Assembly (NCBI RefSeq): GCF_037042905.1
Contig: NC_087256.1
Span: 6,944,001 to 7,008,000, forward strand
Reading direction: 5' to 3'
Origin: Lytechinus pictus
Taxonomy: Eukaryota
Length of the DNA stretch: 64,000 nucleotides
The notes beneath the pieces were generated by a model, which had not been told where the DNA came from, did not search any database, and was given only the letters and a program-made list of their open reading frames with translations. This document shows, piece by piece, positions 1 through 12,821 of the stretch. Each line of letters opens with the position of its first letter. Position 1 is the stretch's first letter. The translations under genes were made by a program, and so were the position numbers.

Positions 1-1142
1 CTGTGTCCCCCCATAGGTCGAACATAAATTCGGCGCCCCCAGGTCGAATGTTATTTCGGCCCCCCTATGTCGAACATCGACTTGGTGCCCCTCGGTGAAA
101 CATCAATTCAGCGCCCCTAGCTTGAAAATCGATTTGGCGCCCCCCGCAAGTTGAACATTGATTCGGTGTCCCCCCCCCCCCCATGTCGAACTTAAATTCG
201 GCGCCCGAAAGGTTGAACGCCAATTCGACGCCTCTTCCCTAGATCAAACATTAATTCGGCGCCCTGTAGGTCAAACAACAATTCAGCGCCGCCAAGGTTA
301 AACACCAATTCAGCACCCCTAGGTCAAATGTCAATTCGACGCCCCCTAGATCGAACGTAACTTCGGCGCCCCCTACGTCGATCATAAATTCGGTGCGCCC
401 CTATGTCGAACATCAGTTCAGTGACCACCTAGGTTGAGCATCATTTCGGCCCCCCCCCCCCATGTCGAACATCAATTCGACGCGCCCCTATGTCGAACAT
501 CGATTCAGCGCCCCCAGGTTGAACACCAATTCAGCGCCCCTAGGTCGAATGTCAATTCGACGCCCCCTAGGTCGAACATTAATTCGGCGACCCCATATGT
601 CGGACATCAATTCGGCGCCCCCTTATGTCGAACATCAGTTCGGCGCCCCCCCCCAGGTTGAACATTGATTCCATGTCCCCACCCCCAGGTCAAACATAAA
701 TTTGGCACCCCCAGGTCGAATGTCATTTCGGCCCCCCTATGTCGAACATCGATTTGGTGCCCCTAGGTGGAACATCAATTCAGCGCCCCTAGCTTGAAAA
801 TCGATTTGGCGCCCCCCCTCGCAGGTTGAACATTGATTCGGTGCCCCCCCCCCCCCCGCGGTCGAACTTAAATTCGGCGCCCCAAAGGTTGAACACCAAT
901 TCGACGCCTCTCCCCTAGATCAAACATTGATTCAGCCCCCCTAGGTCGAACATCAATTCAGCGACCCTCTAGGTTGAACATCATTTCGTAACTTGCTATG
1001 TCGAACATCAATTCAGCGCCCCCAAGGTTAAACACCAATCCAGCACCCCTAGGTCGAATGTCAATTCGACGTCCCCTAGATCGAACGTAAATTCGGCGCC
1101 CTCTACGTCGATCATAAATTCGGTGCACCCCTATGTCGAACA
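1..1142. repeat. C-rich satellite, ~27-30 bp unit (consensus ~TAKGTCGAACATCAATTCGGCGCCCCC), block 1
   Basis: Tandem degenerate copies are directly visible. A higher-order repeat is also visible: the variant series starting at ~1 recurs starting at ~672. The ORFs here are repeat artefacts. Confidence 0.95.
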
Positions 1143-4100
1143 CATAGAGATGTATACTAATTACGCTAGAGTGCGGAGTCGCAATAGGCGCGCGTACTTA
1201 ACGTCTGTGATTGCGCGGAGCGTGGTCGGCCATTGCTCGATAGGTCTTGATTTGCAGAAGTACCCGGATGTACACATAGCTCGTGCGTTGTAACGCTGTG
1301 AAAAAGGGATGCCGTCTCCAGCCTTTTTTTTTTTAAGAAAAGAATCTAACTTCATTACAATCGAAAATATTAATGACAAATTGCATCTCAATTAACTATT
1401 AGTGTGATTACATGGGGATTATGCTGTGAATTTGGCATTTATACCTGACTTCTCGGGATGAAATTCTCTTATATAATTTTTGCATTTACCTCAGAGTCTC
1501 TGTTTATAGGCCTATTTTAGATAATAATAGATAACAATATTTATCATATCAGATAAAAATAAAAATATACAACGTACATTAATGGAAAGATGGACAATTA
1601 ATTGAAAAGACAGTGAATTAGCCCACCTTCTCCGCTGGATATCCCTAAAACTGCATCGTCCTTTTCCAGTTTCCTTCATTCACGTCACTTGATGTTCTCA
1701 TGACCAATTTGTTTATGTTGGATATAATATTTCAATTTCTATATAGGCCTACTATATGTAACTTGCTTTAATTTGTAAGAAATATATCATTAACAATAAT
1801 TTGTATAAGTTAGTGTTTTGATCTTTGATTATGCGCTATTATAATAGCAAGTAGTATAAAGGGTAGGCCTATCTCATTACTGTTCTTGGCGTTACACCAG
1901 TGTACATTCTAAATTCCGAGGTTTTACAATAAATCCAGATCGTCTGTGAATAGTGACCAGCTGAATATTAGATTAAGATTTAAACCATATAGGATTTAAA
2001 CATATAAAGTTAACAGATTTGAATTTAAATCATTTGAGATTTAAAAGTTAATCCTACAGATTAAAAATAACAAAAAATTTGGCTGGTTACCATTCACAGC
2101 CGATCTGGATTTATTTTAAATCCATGGAATTCAGAGTGTACGTGTTGATTTTTTTTTCTCATAGGAACATAACAAATTCCCAAAATCTGCAGGCCTATAT
2201 GGCACCAAAAATGAAATATTGATTAAAAAATGTATATAGAGAATGACGTTTTCTAATAACTAGTGTAATTAAAGTGTCATACGCACCTTTGACACACTGA
2301 TCAAAATAAAATACAAGGGGCGCGACTGCATGGATCCCTCCCTAAAGTGAAAATGAACATGACATAATAAATTATTGTGATTTTATGCACCCCCTGTTTC
2401 AAAATCATTCTGCGGCCCCGTATGTAAATGATATTATAATTTTGTTCATCCGTGAAAACCTTATTATAAAACAAACCTGAATAATCAAACTCAGGTCCAT
2501 AGGCTAGCCAATGAAATTAAAAGAAGAAAATTAGAAGATCAAATTAGTTATACTTTTAAAATGACAAACGGCAAAACTGAATATGCAAAACGCGTGTTTA
2601 CCAGTTTATGACAAAGGCCGGTGCCAGCTAGTGTTTTGAAATCTTTGCCATAAAGTAAACACAGACACAGTTAATTAACACAATTTCAAGACAGGTAATT
2701 ATGATGATCACTCAACAGCTGACAATTTGTATAACATCTTATTCCAAGTATTTTCAGTTTTGCAATATTCAAATAATATTATGTTTGGTTTTAGTACTCA
2801 CAATTTTGCAACCGTTTTTTATATGATAAGTTTATTGAGTTTGCATTTATGAATCTCTTTCATGATATTGTTATCAACTGGTTTTATACACTCAGTTTTA
2901 GTAATAATAATCTTTGTAGTATAATACAAATATCCTCAGTCTTCCCGCCCTTTTTTCTTCTCTTCTCCTCCTCCTCCTTATTCCTCTCCTTCTTATTATT
3001 CTATCCTTGATTTGTTCACATAATATTGGTCCAATCATTATAGGATCACAAACGCCGGCCATAATTATATCAACATAATATTTCAGCTGGTTTGCCGATC
3101 TGCATTGTATTTCAGCCGGAGTGAATCAAGTTTAGATTTTCCAGAAAATCAAAGTGAAATTGTTGCGTTAAACACGCATTGTAATTTGTTTACTCTCCGA
3201 AATATTGAAATTTTTGGAAGTCAATTATACACTGTAAACATCCTACACTTTACCCCCATGGCCTCCTGTAGGCCTACATTGCAAAATTGTACTACTGCAT
3301 GCGCGCATTTGATATGCAAATTTTGCTGTCAACAAACATTTCTAAATTGCTCGCACGTATATAATCAATATGTTGACAGCATTGGAAATTTAAATCATAA
3401 ACTAATCAATTAACTGGACCAATGCATAAATCATTTTCAAATATTATCAATAAAAGTCATTTTATGACTCACGAGTTATTGTGATGTTGGTTACATCGAC
3501 GTTTAAAACCATGGGGAAAAGAATTAGGCCTTATTCTATGATTTCTATGTGTAGCTCTATATGGAAAATAAATTATAAGAATATTCAAAAGTAAAGAAAT
3601 AAATTATCAGCATCATAGTAATTAGGAAGCTATACTTGAAAAAAAGGCAATCGTGTTTTTTTCGATACCTTATGTCTCGGATGCAAGTAACTGTGACAGG
3701 GCCTATGGAATTTATAAGGTCAACTTGAACAACAGATCATGTTAAATTTGCAGGACCTAGAACGATATGCCTAGGCCTAGCTGCATGTTATTTTTAATAT
3801 TCATCCCTTCCAAATCATCAGAAAATAGAAGTCATATATATGATACATCTAAATGTTATAACCAAAGCAAAAACGATTGGGGATGTATATCGTTGGACTG
3901 TATAGATATATTATGCCCTATAGATAGGTCTATATAGGCAGTTTTGTCCTCAGTTTTGATAGATTCTTTGTTAATTTGAACTTTAATCCAGTACGATTTA
4001 CAATTTTGCTTTTCCATTTGCTTTCGAGCTCATATGTCATCATTTTGTTCCGTTTCTGTGCTATCACTGTACATGCCCTAGGTACTGTACGCGCATGGCA

Positions 4101-4198
4101 GGCTGCGAAGACCTATCGAGTAATGGCGGCCGGTCTCCGCGTAATCACAGAGATTTGACGAAGTACGCCCTCTAGCGTTATTAGTATATATCTCTATG
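1143..4198. mobile_element. Non-autonomous DNA transposon, P-element-like (CATAG termini, 8-bp TSD), 3056 bp
   Basis: Left end CATAGAGATGTATACTAATTACGCTAGAG matches the right-end reverse complement CATAGAGATATATACTAATAACGCTAGAG, with imperfect subterminal homology over ~100 bp. TSD GTCGAACA at 1135-1142 and 4199-4206. The empty site is visible in the satellite copy at ~401-440. CANRG termini with an 8-bp TSD fit the P superfamily; hAT is less likely. No transposase ORF. Confidence 0.9.
1905..2138. mobile_element. Palindromic MITE with CAC/GTG-type termini flanked by TA, nested in the P-like element
   Basis: Imperfect ~55-bp TIRs: CATTCTAAATTCCGAGGTTTTACAATAAATCCAGATCG... and ...CGATCTGGATTTATTTTAAATCCATGGAATTCAGAGTG. 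TA at 1903-1904 and 2139-2140. Confidence 0.8.
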
Positions 4199-5010
4199 GT
4201 CGAACATCAGTTCAGTGACCCCCTAGGTTGAGCGTCATTTCGGCCCTCCTACATGTATGTCGAACATCAATTCGGCGGCCCCTTATGTCGAACATCGATT
4301 CAGCGCCCCAAGGTTGAACATCAATTCAGTGCCCCTATATCGATTATAAATTTGGCGCCCCCTATGTCGAACATCAATTCGGTGCCCCATTTATGTTAAA
4401 CATCTATTCAGCGCCCCCAAGGTTGAACACCAATAATCCTAATGTCAATTCGACGCCACCTAGGTCGAATATCCATTTAGTGCCCCCCTATGTCGAACAT
4501 CAATTCGGCGCCCCTACGTAAAACATCAATTCGCCGCTTCCCACCTAGATCGAACATTACTTTGGCAACCCCCCGTAAGGTCGAACATCAATTCAGTGCT
4601 CCTACGTCGAACATCAATTTGGCGCCCCCCGGTCGACAATTGATTTGGTCCTCCCTCCCCCGGTCAAACAAACGTTTGGCGCCCCCTATATCGATCATAA
4701 ATTTGGCATCCCCTATGTCGAACATCAATTCGGTGACCCCCCCCCCCCCCAGTTCGAACATGAATTCGGCGCCCCAAAAGGTTGAACACCAATCTGGCGA
4801 CCACGAGGTCGAACATCAATTCAGTACCCCTAGGTCGAACACCAATTCGACGCCTCCCCGTAGATCGAACATGGATTCGGCGCCCTCTATGTCGAACATC
4901 GATTTGGCCCCTTAAGTCGAACATCAATTCAGCGCCCCTAGGTCGAACATCCCCCAGATCGAATATGAATTCGGCGCCCTCTATGTCGAACATCGATTTG
5001 GCGCCCCTAA
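4199..5010. repeat. C-rich satellite, block 2
   Basis: Same unit as 1-1142. It resumes in register after the P-like element. Confidence 0.95.
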
Positions 5011-5472
5011 GGGCACACATGAGTATTACAGACCCCCATTCACTCACGTGTTATATCATAGCTCATCAAAAAATCATTAAAAATCAATCCCTTAATAGAT
5101 TTTGCTTTAATTCACTGACATTAGTCACAATTAACAGTACATTAAGACTTGATATGTTAATCAGGTACTTGCCCAGCTCAATCAAAAGTTAAATGGCCTG
5201 AAATAAGACTAACCATAATTTCGGCCAGTTCATTGCCAGAAAAAACAAAACTGCATTGTGGGTAATAATAATTAAAATGAAAGCCAAAAATGCAGTCTAG
5301 CCTCCCCAAACGCCTTAATCATGAAAGAGTATGAACATCTCTATTGTTCTTCTTTTGATATACAAACATTTGCTCTATTTTTAATGAATTATTTTAATCA
5401 ATAAAGTCATGTGATCTTTACTTACGCCTGTCCGACATGCTTTGCGCGCAGATGAATTACTCTCATGTGCCC
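5011..5472. mobile_element. PIF/Harbinger-type MITE, 462 bp, TAA TSD, inserted in the satellite
   Basis: Termini GGGCACA... and ...TGTGCCC. TAA at 5008-5010 and 5473-5475. The empty site GCGCCCCTAAGTCGAAC is present in another satellite copy at ~6547-6563. Confidence 0.88.
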
Positions 5473-8400
5473 TAAGTCGAACATCAATTCAGCGCCCCTA
5501 GGTCGAATATCAATTCGGCGCCCCCCCGGTCAAACGTTGATTCGGTGCCCCCCCCCCCCCCGATCGAACTTAAATTCAACTCCCCCTATGTCCATCATTA
5601 ATTCGGCGCCCCCCCCCCATGTCAATCATAAATTTGGCGCCCCCCTATGTTAAACATCAATTCGGCGCCTCCTAGTCGAACATTGATTCGGTCCCCCCCC
5701 CTCCGGTCGAACAAAAGTTTGGCGCCCCTCTATCGATCATAAATTTGGCGCCCCCTAAGGTTGAGCACCAGTTCGGCGCCCCTAGGTCAAACATCAATTC
5801 AGTGCCCCCTAGGTTGAACATCAATTCGGCGCCCCCCCCCCCCCTCTGTCAAAGATCAATTCAGCCCCCTCCTCTGTCAAACATCAATTTGCCGCTTCCC
5901 ACATAGATCGAACATTAATTCTGCAACTCCCCTTAAGCTCAAACATCAATTCAGTGCCCCTAGATCGAACATCAGTTCGGTGCCCCTCCAGTCGAACATT
6001 GATTCGGTCCCCCCGGTCGAACATTGATTCGTCCCCCCCCCCCCCCGTTCAAACAAAAGTTTGGCGCCCCTATATCGATCATAAATTTGGCGCCCCCCAT
6101 GTCGAATAGAAATTCGGCGCCCCCAAGATTGAACACCAATTCAGCACCCCTAGGTCGAATGTCAATAAATTCGGCGCCCCCATATGTCGAACATCAATTC
6201 GGCGCCCCCTTATGTCGAACATCAGTTCGGCGCCCCCCCCCCCCAGATTGAACATTGATTCCGTGTCCCCACCCCAGGTCAAACATAAATTCGGCACCCC
6301 AAGGTCGAATGTCATTTCGGCCCCCTATGTCGAACATCGATTTGGTGCCCCTAGGTGGAACATCAATTCAGCGCCCCCAGCTCGAACATCGATTTGGCGC
6401 CCCCCCCGCAGGTTGAACATTGATTCGGTGTCCCCCCCCCCCGAGGTCGAACTTAAATTCGGCGCCCCAAAGGTTGAACACCAATTCGACGCCTCCCCCC
6501 TAGATCGAACATGAATTCGGCGCCCTCTATGTCGAACATCGATTTGGCGCCCCTAAGTCGAACATCAATTCAGCGCCCCTAGGTCGAACATCAATTCGGC
6601 GCCCCCCGGTCAAACGTTGATTCGGTGCCCCCCCCCCCCCGATTGAACTTCAATTTAACGCCCCCTATGTCCATCATTAATTCGGCGCCCCCCCTATGTT
6701 AAACATAAATTCGGCGCCCCGAAGCTTGAACACAAATCTGGCGCCCCTAGGTCGAACATCAATTCGGCGCTCCCCCCCTCTGTCGAGCATCAATTCAGCC
6801 CTCCCCCCCCTCTGTCGAGCATCAATTCAGCGCCCCCCTAGGTCGAGTATCAAGTCGGCGCCCCCTATTTCGAACATCAATTCAGTACCCCCAAGGTTGA
6901 ACACCAATTCAGCCCCCTAGGTCGAATGTCAATTGGACACCCCCTACGTCGAACATTGATTCGGCCCCCCCTTCCGGTCGAACAAAAGTTTGGCGCCCCT
7001 CTATCGATCATAAATTTGGCGCCCCCTAAGGCACCAGTTCGGTGCCCCTAGGTCAAACATCAATTCAGTGCCCCCCCCCCCTAGGTCGAACATCAATTCG
7101 GCGTTCCCCCCTCTGTCGAACATCAATTCAGCACCCCCTAGGTTGAACACCAATTCAGCCCCCCTAGGTCGAATGTCAATTGGACGCCCCCTAGGTCGAA
7201 CACCAATCCAGTGCCCCTAGGTCGAACACCAATTCGGCGCCCCCCCCCCCACCTGGAACGAACATCCATTCAGCGCCCCCAACGTTGAACACTAATTCAG
7301 CGTCCCTAGGTCGAATGTCAATTCGACGCTCCCTAGGTCGAGCATTAGTTCGATGCCCCTACTTAAAACATAAATTCGACGCCCCCCTAGATTGAACACC
7401 AATTTGGCACCCCCCTAGGTCACACATTAATTTGGGCCCCCCTATGTCGATCATAAATTCGGCACCACCTATGTCAAACATTGATTTTGCGACCCTAGGT
7501 CTAACATCAATCTGGGCCTCCCCTATTTCGAACCGAACATCAATTTGGCGCACCCCCATGTCGAACATCAATTCGGCGACCCTAGGTCGAATATCAATTC
7601 GGCGCCTCCTGGTCGAACATTGATTCGGTCCCCCCCCCCCGGTCGAACAAAAGTTTTGCGCCCCTATACCGATCATAAATTTTGCGCTCCCTGTGTCGAA
7701 GATCAATTCGGCGCCCTTAGGTTGAACACCATTTCAGCGCCCCTCCCACCTGGAACAAACATCAATTCAGCGCCCCCAAGGTCGAACACCAATTCGGCGC
7801 CCCTCCCGTTGTCGAACATCAATTCAGCGCCCCCAAGGTTGAACACCAATACAGCACCCCTAGGTCGAATGTCAAATCGACGCCCCCTAAGTCGAACATT
7901 AGTTCGGCGCCCCTACTTAAAACATCAATTCGACGCCCCCTAGATTGAACACCAATCTGGCGCCCCCCCCCCCTATGTCAAACATCAATTCAGCACCCCC
8001 AAGGTTGAACACCAATTCAGCACCCCTAGGTAGAACATTAGTAAGGCGCCCTTACTTAAAACATCAATCCGACGCCCCCCTAGATTGAACACCAATTTGG
8101 CACCCCCCTAGGTCAAACATTAATTTCGGCCCCCCTAGGTCGATCATAAATTCGGCGCCACCTATGTCAAACATTGATTTTATGCCCCTAGATTTAACAT
8201 CAATCTGGCACTCCCCCCTATGTCGAACATCGATTCGGCGCACCCCTATGTCGAACATCAATTCGGCGCCCCCAAGGTTGAACACCAATCTGGCGCCCAC
8301 TAGGTTGAACATCAGTGTGACGCTCCCTCCTATGTCGAAGATCAATTCGGCGCCTCCAAGATTGAATACCAATCTGGCGCCCCCCCCCCCTAGGTCGAAC

Positions 8401-8551
8401 ATCAATTAGGCGCCACCTAGGTCGAACATCAATTCGTCGCCCACCTATGTCGAACATCAATTCCCCCCCCCCCCCATGTCGAACATCAATTGGTGCCCAT
8501 TGGTAAAACATCAATTTGGAGCCCTATGTCGAACATCTATTCGGCGCCCCC
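5473..8551. repeat. C-rich satellite, block 3
   Basis: Continuous tandem copies of the same unit. The sub-block at ~6261-6500 repeats the higher-order pattern seen at 1-240 and 672-920. Confidence 0.95.
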
Positions 8552-8606
8552 TTTTCGTCTGTCCGGGAGTGGGGGCCTCGAGGACCAACCCCGGAATACG
8601 CGCATG

Positions 8607-8770
8607 TTCATGAAGACATGCCTAGAACTGTTTCATCGGAATAATGCAAGTCTTTGAAATGCCATAACTTTGTTATTCTTTGTCCGATTTTTTATCAATT
8701 TTTCGGTGTTTTGGTTGTCTGATTTTTCTTAATCTGTTCAAATCATTTTTTTCCAGCCTGGAGTACTTCT
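8607..8770. mobile_element. Right-end fragment of a Kolobok-like (TTAA-flanked) MITE
   Basis: Ends in ...CAGCCTGGAGTACTTCT followed by TTAA (8771-8774). A related terminus CAGCCCGGAGTACCCC and a similar interior occur at ~27560-27657. Confidence 0.55.
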
Positions 8771-9332
8771 TTAAATCGCAGTTCCCAGGAATAAACGCTT
8801 CCACAAGTTTTCACATAAAATCATATATAAAAATTATAGAACTAGCATGACTAGATAAATTTTTATAAAACACTATACACGGACATAAAAGACATAATCC
8901 GTGATTCAATTCAATCAAATTCAACAATCATTTCCAAAGATTCCAAAGCATTAGTACAATTTCAAAAAAAAAAATAACGACACAGTGATTAAAAAATAAT
9001 GTAAAGAAAAATATATAAAAAAGTTCTAAGTTGATATGACGACTTCAAGTATGTTGATAAGTCGACTTCTATACAGATACATTAGGACATGACGACATAA
9101 ATAAAAAGTTAAATGTTGGCACCGCAACACTATTTTTTTTGTTCAGTCGACGTAGTAAGATTATTTATATTACCATCTTGAGATGTATTTTTATAGAAGT
9201 CGAAATTGGCAAGATATTGACTTCCTCATACCAACCAACAAATAAAGGGGACATGATAGGTAATCAAATCGACTTTGCAATATTTCGCAATATCGTCATG
9301 GCACTTTAGATTTTCCGTACAGTTCAGAGTAA

Positions 9333-9600
9333 GGGCCTTTTCACACGTGAATCTTGAATCATCATTGTAATGATGATTGCAATTCATCTTTAGAATCATC
9401 GGACATTTCACATGGAAAATTCGTACCGTAATTTGAGTGAAACTTAACTAGAATTCACATACGGAGTGGAGTGTGAATTTGTGATTGTGATTTGGTTCGT
9501 GATTCTATTTTGGTTACAGGCGTGCTAAAAATTCGCAATTAGCCTTATTTTTCACTGGAATCATTCAAATTACGATTTTTTTTACCGTGTGAAAGGGCGG
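9333..9600. mobile_element. Harbinger-type MITE (GGGCCTTTTCACAC...GTGTGAAAGGGCGG) at a TWA target
   Basis: Imperfect TIRs flanked by TAA and TTA. An internally deleted inverted copy is at 32615-32731. Confidence 0.75.
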
Positions 9601-11585
9601 TTAGATTTAAATACATTTTAAAGAATCGTGCTAACATTTTTCCTTTCATCATGTTCCTTGCGAAGGAACATACAATCATTCATCTTTGATTGAGGGTAGA
9701 ATGTGATTGATAATGCACGAGGGAGAAACCGGGGGCTATGATCGTATGATATTTCTACTCGAATGTGCATGTAATCATCACGATGTTCCAAGGTATTCAT
9801 CAATATAAATAAGTCCCGTAAATAATGAAGAGGTATTCTGGATAAAAAGAGAAAAGAAAAGTGAGCCCTATAAAATCAAGTGCAAATCCCCTGGTAAAAA
9901 TTAAAGCTATTATGTTCGCAACTCGACGTTTTAGTGATTCTTGTAAGACATGGTGTGCCTCGCAGGGCTTGCGGGGGTGGCGTCATGAAATTTTGATATA
10001 GAGGGATTGAGGCATTAAACATAACTTATATCCGGATGGGAATTTTATTTTCAGTTTAGAATAAGAAATAGGGGCACTTTACAGTTGCTTGAGAAAGTCA
10101 CCTCTTACCACAATATTATTTCTTGTTTCCTCGTTGTTATTATTACCATTGTTATGTTTTCATCAGTTCAAAATCACGGGGGAGGGGGGGGGGGGGTAGT
10201 CCATAATTATGTACCGGCTGACGCTCCTGTCGTTTCTTCTCTCATGGATTGATCGTCAAGTTGCGATTTAAATTCAATACAAACCATGAATATGAACGTA
10301 TCACAAGATTTCAAATAAACTATGACTGCATTCTGAATGATTTTATATAACATTAATAATAATGCTCACAACGTATATAAACGGTAACATTATAACGTTT
10401 TCCTCTATACCTCCATTCTGTATCCTGTGTTTTTTTAATATTTGGTCCTCATACAAAACACTGTACTTTAAAACGCGAATCTTGGAGAATGATCCGACCG
10501 GCAAGAAGGATCCTCCAGAATCGTAAGTATGTAAATCTCGTTGCTGAATTGGACCCTTGCTTCACGATTCGCAGTAAAATGTGAGTGTTCCATCGAATAT
10601 TCGGCTTGCAACGTATCATTCTTGCTGCTGCGCCAGGTTAATCGATAATTAGAATCCCGTTACCGAGAGTGCAACTTTCCGAGGTCGCGCGATAGTTCAA
10701 CTATCGTGCAATAAGAGAAAAAACGCGCTCTTCAGTCCGTGAGTTTTTCAGAACAGCTGAATATAGATAAACCAGTGCCCCAGTCACAATTGCAAAATCA
10801 ATTCCAGACCGACCAAATCTATTATGTGATTTCAAATTACACACCATCGATCGGTTTGGATTCAGTAATAATAATAATAATAATAATAATTAACATCATT
10901 TATATAGCGCTTATCACAAAGAATGTCTCTAAGCGCTTAATATCATGGGTGTGACTGTAGCATAACACACGTGAAAAATACTAGTGTTAATGCTAATGGC
11001 AATAGATAAACATCTATTTGGAATTGCATGTTTGGTATGTGTGCTTAATTAGGAATTTTCATGGCGCTGTTCAAAAAAGGATTGTTACATGCAAAGGGTC
11101 TGTATATTCAAATTTCAAACGATTTCCACCCCGATGGCCAACAAAGAAAAAAAAAACATTTTGTAGAATTTGGTGCCAGAGTCCATAACCAAGTTCACAT
11201 AATATAAAGTTTGTCGTAAAGTGGAAAAAATGGTTGATAAAACTCACTTATCACATCAAGTCAAATTAAAGTACAGTTTGTGGTACACTTATTTGAACCG
11301 GAAAAGCGTCACACACTTTTAAGGGCAATACTGTTAGTTGGCGGTTTTACTTCAATTGAATGCATGCGATATGTATGCAAATCACAGGGTTAGATGTGTT
11401 GTCACAAGATCGGCGTCGCCTGCTTGGGTTTCTGAAATTCAATTCCGTCTTTAGAGTGTGAGCTTGAAAGAAATGAAAAGGTCCCTGTGAAAAACCAACA
11501 AGGCATTTCCGTGCCCCATGCCCACAAGAATAAACACAAGCCGATTTTTATGAGTGCCCTTAAAAGGTTCACGTGTGGACAAGGC

Positions 11586-11762
11586 CTGGTGGGTGTTTCA
11601 TAAAGCTGTTCGTAAGTTAAGAGCGACTTTAAGAACGACTGGTGAACCTTTCTTACGCGCGTAACCATCGCCAATGAATATACCATTTACCACAATAAAG
11701 GATCACCAGTCGTTCTTAAAGTCGCTCTTAACTTACGAACAGCTTTATGAAACGGCCCCCAG
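11586..11762. mobile_element. Palindromic Harbinger-type MITE (CWG flanks included)
   Basis: Perfect ~51-bp inverted arms GTTTCATAAAGCTGTTCGTAAGTTAAGAGCGACTTTAAGAACGACTGGTGA. Flanked by CTG and CAG. Confidence 0.85.
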
Positions 11763-11834
11763 GACCGTGGCTTGTCCTATTTCAGAGTTTGGTTCAAAAA
11801 GTATATTGTTCTCCTTTTCAAACGTGAAATTAAA

Positions 11835-12000
11835 AGAGCGATGAGAAGGAAGGAGGGAGGGGAGGAGAGGGGGTGGAAGGGAGGAAGGGAGGGGAGAGAA
11901 AGGGACAAAGGAGAAAGGAGAGAGAGAGAGAGTGGGGGAAGAGAGCGGGGGAGAGAGAAGAGGAAGAAGAAGATGAAGGAGAAGAAGACAGAGATAGAGG
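11835..12000. repeat. Purine-rich (GA) low-complexity tract
   Basis: Almost entirely G/A on the + strand. Confidence 0.8.
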
Positions 12001-12821
12001 GTGTAGTAAACTCCATTGTATGCTTACATTATGATTAATTACCATTGATATCAATACCCTATATGAAAAAAAGAACAATATCAATTTATCATCAGGCTTT
12101 TGAGGCCTAGATTCTGCCATGCATTGCTGTACCTCTTTATCATCAATTTCGATCATGACGAACGTTACTACAACATAGAAAAAGACTTTAATTATATTAT
12201 CAATAACCACGATATCGATTAGGTTGAAGCATTTCGACTTGTGTACGCATAATTGACTTATCTGGCTGTATCTAGATAAAATGTCATTTTGATACTTTTC
12301 GTAGAACAAAATGTTCTGGTTTAAAAGTTCCGATTTGTTATGAACATCTTGTCTTATGAAATCAAAATATTCGTCACTGTGGTTTACACTCGTGCTTCCG
12401 TATTCTTTACAAATCAATAGGGATCTTCCCGAAGAGCTTTGACGTTCAAGGATGCAGGAGGAAAATAAAGAGAGAGAGGGGGGAGGAAGAGAGATGTGAC
12501 CTTTAATTCTTATAATGCCAGAAGAACTGCCGTGAATTGAATGCTTTCATTAGATTGAAGTAACATTTTAAGAAAATATCAAGTCTTGTTTTGCCGGGAA
12601 ATTTCCTTAAATGTCATCGCCATCACTCAGAATACCCTTAAAACCAACCCTTTTTCGATTCTTCTCACTCTGCCGTGGGCGAAATGTAATTTCTACACGT
12701 GTCCTTTGCCGCCTTATGTGCTGTTTTTAAGGGGTATTACGTTCAAATCAAAGAGGGTGAAATAACTATAACTTTTCGATTCCACCTATTCCCGACTTTG
12801 CTGAAGAAGGTCGTGTATGCA

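Noticed and set aside
1-8551. Satellite as a CRISPR array or as a source of Pro/Ser-rich proteins
   Set aside because: The repeats abut one another with no unique spacers, there are no cas genes, and the context is eukaryotic. Variable poly-C lengths shift the frame constantly, so the ORFs are artefacts.
1-8551. Satellite unit as a Pol III B-box array (GTTCGA on the minus strand)
   Set aside because: It reads GTTCGACCT or GTTCGACAT, lacking the conserved terminal C and the preceding G. There is no A box.
11830-12417. 195-aa minus-strand ORF
   Set aside because: No recognisable domain, its C-terminal third is a CT-rich tract, and there are no convincing splice sites.
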